From the NCBI GenBank assembly GCA_963756875.1, contig CAVWPA010000003.1, positions 1,720,365-1,784,364 of the forward strand: 64,000 nt of DNA, given 5' to 3'. The stretch comes from an uncultured Verrucomicrobiae bacterium. GTDB lineage: Bacteria > Verrucomicrobiota > Verrucomicrobiia > Chthoniobacterales > UBA10450. A program made the translations under genes and the position numbers. The notes below the pieces were generated by a model. The model was not told where the DNA came from. It searched no databases and was given only the letters and a program-made list of their open reading frames with translations. Shown here piece by piece: positions 61,007 through 64,000 of the stretch (its first letter is position 1; each line of letters begins with the position of its first letter).

Positions 61007-61072
61007 CTGTGGAGGCAGCCGTGTCGGCTGCGAAATCATGGGAGATTGCAGGCGGCACGCCTGCCGCTACAG
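61007..61072. repeat. GTAG-family REP doublet
   Basis: CTGTGGAGGCAG ... CTGCCGCTACAG; resembles the reverse complement of 24366-24437. Confidence 0.75.
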
Positions 61073-61252
61073 GGCCGTCCGCCTCCTAATTAACACGGGC
61101 CTTAAGGCCGGTGATCTTCCTCGCGATAAAACGTTAAGCCGTTTCAACGGCTTTCCTCTTGTAACGCTTTTAACGTTTCAACGACTTAACGCTTTTCCAA
61201 GTCAGTAAGTCGGAAATCTTAATCCGCGGCCATCCGTGTAATCCGTGGTTAA

Positions 61253-62260
61253 TTATTTCCAATGTTTCGCAATCAGCGCCTTGATAGCCGGCGTCTGCAA
61301 ACAGTAATTCTCTTTTTCGCGTTCGTTAGGCATTTCCGGAAACCATTTCCACCAGAACATCCCCGCGAGAAAAGGATGCTTCGCGGGGAGATTCAGAGCC
61401 GCATCGATACAGCGCAACTGAATTTCGGCGGCATGATCTCCACCCGTCTTAAAACCCCACGGCTCAGCCGCCGCCCGCGCGCTTTCGTTGTAGCCGATCT
61501 CCGTGAAGAGAAATTGCTTGCCGCCGTTCGCCTGCGAAAATTTCTCCAGCTCGGCGCAACGCTTCTCCCACGCGGCTGCGATCTCCGCCTCGCTCGGATC
61601 GACAGTCTTCGTAAGCGGGAAATAAGCGAGCACGCCGATGTAATCGACCGCGTCCCAGAATTTTACATTGGCATATTCGTTCCAGTTCGCGCCGTAAGTG
61701 ATTTTTCCATGATAAACGTTGCGGACCGCGGCGATAATTTTGCGCCAGCGATCCGCAAACTTCTCTGCGTGGGAAAACTCCAGGCCCACGCAAAAAATGG
61801 CCGCGCCGTGCGCCTCCGCGATTTTGGCCATCTCCACGATCCATGTTTGATAATCGCCAAAGAAATTGTCCCACCCGGTCTGCGTATCGAAGTTGATTTC
61901 ACCGCGCCACGAGAAATTCGATCCCCAGTAAGCGATGTGCGGGATGAGCATGACCGACAGCCCGCGCTCGCGCGCCCAATCGAGCGGGACCGTGATGTGG
62001 CGATAATTATCCGGGTTGCGAAACGTCACGTGCCCATCGTTCTCGATCCGCGCATAAGGATGAATGGCAACGCTGTTCGCACCTAGCGACTTCAATTCAT
62101 CAAGCGTCTGCGCCATCTCCGGTGTCTGCCACTCAATCCCCCAGGTCTGACACGAAACCGTCACCCCCTTAAAAAACACCGGCGTCTGAGCGTTCACGGT
62201 TGTCGATATCGTGACAAGCCCAACCAAAACCATAGCCGCGCGTTGAATCATCGTCCTCAC
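61253..62260 (-). CDS. Secreted GH113-like TIM-barrel glycoside hydrolase
   Basis: Signal peptide; PH..WRGEI, CVGLE, TYGANW, AYFPL, FTEIGY, FWWKW. Confidence 0.8.
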   Translation of the reverse strand: MRTMIQRAAMVLVGLVTISTTVNAQTPVFFKGVTVSCQTWGIEWQTPEMAQTLDELKSLGANSVAIHPYARIENDGHVTFRNPDNYRHITVPLDWARERGLSVMLIPHIAYWGSNFSWRGEINFDTQTGWDNFFGDYQTWIVEMAKIAEAHGAAIFCVGLEFSHAEKFADRWRKIIAAVRNVYHGKITYGANWNEYANVKFWDAVDYIGVLAYFPLTKTVDPSEAEIAAAWEKRCAELEKFSQANGGKQFLFTEIGYNESARAAAEPWGFKTGGDHAAEIQLRCIDAALNLPAKHPFLAGMFWWKWFPEMPNEREKENYCLQTPAIKALIAKHWK

Positions 62261-62478
62261 GGCTTGTTATTAAACTCCCATTCCATGGTGGGGGTCGACT
62301 ATTCCTCCTTACAACTAATGCGGCGACCCCGCCATCAAGCGTGAATCCCGTCCTGCTCGAACCGCTTGACCCCAGATCCCCCGATCTCCCGATCCCCCGA
62401 TCTTCCGCAGCCGAATCGTTTCTCCGCGAATTAGAAACTTGACTGCTTAAAGCAGTCAAGTTCGACTGGCGGGCTGTT

Positions 62479-62892
62479 ATGAAAACGGAGGCCAGCGTTT
62501 TGGATGTCTTGTTCCCGAGAGTGCGCGCGGAGATGCTGCGATTGCTGTTTACCTCAAAAGAAGGGCGGTATGTTCGCGAGCTATCGAATATGAGCGAGCT
62601 CGCCCTGTGCACAGTTCAGGACGAACTACGTAAACTCAGTGCGATCGGTCTTGTTACCAGTTGGACGGACGGCTTCCGTAAGTTTTACTGCGCTAACCCG
62701 AGTCACCCGCTTTTTTCCGAGCTTCTCCATATTGTCGAACTAGGTGCGCGGCTTCCCCGGGCAAAACATTCCGCGCTCGTTCGGCCCGGACGATCGCGAG
62801 GCCGGCGCAAGGCACGGCGGCGTGAGCCTTTTCCCTCTCGAAATTACCCGCCCCGCGGCATGAGCCTGTATCCGCGGGTCAGGCACACTTGA
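62479..62892 (+). CDS. Stand-alone winged helix-turn-helix protein with a basic tail
   Basis: LDVLFPRVRAEMLRLLF...YVRELS...VQDELRKL..IGLV...G.RKFY.AN..HPLFSEL resembles the HTH fused to MNT-type nucleotidyltransferases; Arg-rich C-terminus. Confidence 0.78.
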   Translation: MKTEASVLDVLFPRVRAEMLRLLFTSKEGRYVRELSNMSELALCTVQDELRKLSAIGLVTSWTDGFRKFYCANPSHPLFSELLHIVELGARLPRAKHSALVRPGRSRGRRKARRREPFPSRNYPPRGMSLYPRVRHT

Positions 62893-63302
62893 CTGCTTAA
62901 AGCAGTCAAGTGTGAGGGGCGTCGTCGGGCGTCGTCGGGCGAGAGACGAGAGACGAGAGACGAGAGGACGACAGGTGAGAGATCAAAGCCTGCTACGAAA
63001 TGCATAATTATTAACCATTAACTGCCGTGCGGAAGTATTGTGCCGTGAAATCTTGACTGCTTAAAGCAGTCAAGATTGCGATTGTGGAGGTCGAGGAGAA
63101 CGAGGAGAACGAGGAGAACGATGCACAATCGACCGATAATCATTAACCATTTAATCATTAATCATCACCCATTAACTGCCCGCTGAAGTATTGCGGCTCG
63201 AAAACTTGACTGCTTAAAGCAGTCAAGTTTGTGAAGTCTGTTTTGGAATTCTGCGCGCGGTATGGCCTGGTCGGTGGGTGGAGGTTGCCTCGGGACGGAG
63301 CA

Positions 63303-63464
63303 CTTAACGAGCGCATCCTTGATCAGATAGAATATGAAGAGAAAATTGTAGCGAAGATAACGGCCTGCCAGCCGCCGCGCCTCGCTCGCGACGCGAAAAA
63401 GCCAGGTGAGGCCGCGCCGCTGCATCCAGGCCGGCGCGTCTTTTTGGTCTCCGGCGTTGACTTC
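63303..63464 (-). pseudogene. Diverged duplicate of the 3' end of the WecG/TagA gene
   Basis: Reads EVNAGDQKDAPAWMQRRGLTWLFRVASEARRLAGRYLRYNFLFIFYLIKDALVK; no 5' part present. Confidence 0.88.
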
Positions 63465-63747
63465 GGCTCTCCGTTCGAACTTGACTGCTTAAAGCAGTCA
63501 AGTTTGCATGCTCACAGAAAGGGCATAGAAAAAGGGCAAGACCGCACCGTGGCGGATAATCAGTAACGATCACCGTTAGCCATAGTAGGATTCCAGACGG
63601 CGATGGGAGTCGAAAAAGTAAATGGGCTCGGCCGCCGCGTCGATATTCTTGCCAAGATCGAGCCCACGAGGAGCAAAAGGATTGGCCCGCCCCTGGAACT
63701 TGACTGCTTAAAGCAGTCAAGTTTGAGAGACGGCGTTGAAGGGCGGT

Positions 63748-64000
63748 TCAGCGGAATACTGTCTCGTTCGGGCGGTGGCGCTTAAAGAGCGCATCCTTAA
63801 TTAGATAAAATAGGAAAAGAAAGTTGTAGCGAAGATAACGGCCAGCCAGTCGCTGCGGCTCACTCGCCACACGAAAAAGCCAGGTCAACCCGCGTCGCTG
63901 CATCCACTCCGGGGCATCTTTTTTCGTTCCGGCGTTGACATCGAAAGCGAACCCAACCGCAAAGAGAATTCCGTGCTTGATCTGCGACTTGAAACGATGA
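63748..64000 (-). CDS. WecB/TagA/CpsF glycosyltransferase, 3' part; truncated by window end
   Basis: HRFKSQIKHGILFAVGFAFDVNAGTKKDAPEWMQRRGLTWLFRVASEPQRLAGRYLRYN...ETVFR*; missing from the ORF track. Confidence 0.9.
   Translation of the reverse strand, partial: HRFKSQIKHGILFAVGFAFDVNAGTKKDAPEWMQRRGLTWLFRVASEPQRLAGRYLRYNFLFLFYLIKDALFKRHRPNETVFR

Larger units (their letters stand above)
62438..63721. repeat. Array of six identical 23-bp palindromes CTTGACTGCTTAAAGCAGTCAAG
   Basis: Copies start at 62438, 62888, 63052, 63205, 63480 and 63699. Confidence 0.95.

Noticed and set aside
63503..63698. Gene in the interval between palindromes 5 and 6
   Set aside because: No frame gives a recognisable protein, so it is left unassigned.
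62438..63721. CRISPR array
   Set aside because: Spacers are about 130-430 bp and uneven, one is a whole gene, the repeat is a full palindrome, and no cas genes are visible.
63303..63945. DGR template/variable repeat pair
   Set aside because: The differences are not adenine-specific and are mostly synonymous; there is no reverse transcriptase in the window.

Overview
Mostly housekeeping chromosome. Gene content and repeat style suggest a soil Verrucomicrobiota (Chthoniobacterales-like) genome; this is inference only. In order: psd-pssA; a sugar-phosphate nucleotidyltransferase; a large BNR/VPS10 propeller protein; an FTR1 permease / beta-barrel / cytochrome c lipoprotein operon; a partial type II secretion cluster (gspH-M on +, gspF-orf-gspG on -; no gspD/E here); a doubly frameshifted ArsB/CitM-type transporter; tRNA-Cys followed by four 142-143 bp tandem repeats that each regenerate its 3' end; hemL; two glycosyltransferases; rluD; a Ser/Thr kinase; an atypical ClpX; a degenerate cyclase; recR; lipA; mlaEFD; two msrB genes (one with no cysteine); MFS; ftsY-nusB-ribH-vkor-dsbA-ribBA; a C1 protease; pyrimidine nucleoside phosphorylase; fcl; a gnnA-like gene with lpxB; an arnT-like gene; HIT; an A-type Fe-S carrier; mutL; a GH113-like gene; and the 3' end of a WecG/TagA gene. 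Intergenic DNA is rich in GTAG-type REP doublets, two MITE-like elements and 6-9-mer repeats. The best candidate for an undescribed system is 62436-63723. It holds six identical copies of the 23-bp palindrome CTTGACTGCTT-A-AAGCAGTCAAG, which bracket a stand-alone winged-HTH gene and several unrelated inserts, one being a diverged copy of the neighbouring wecG 3' end. All family assignments are by motif recognition; no searches were run.
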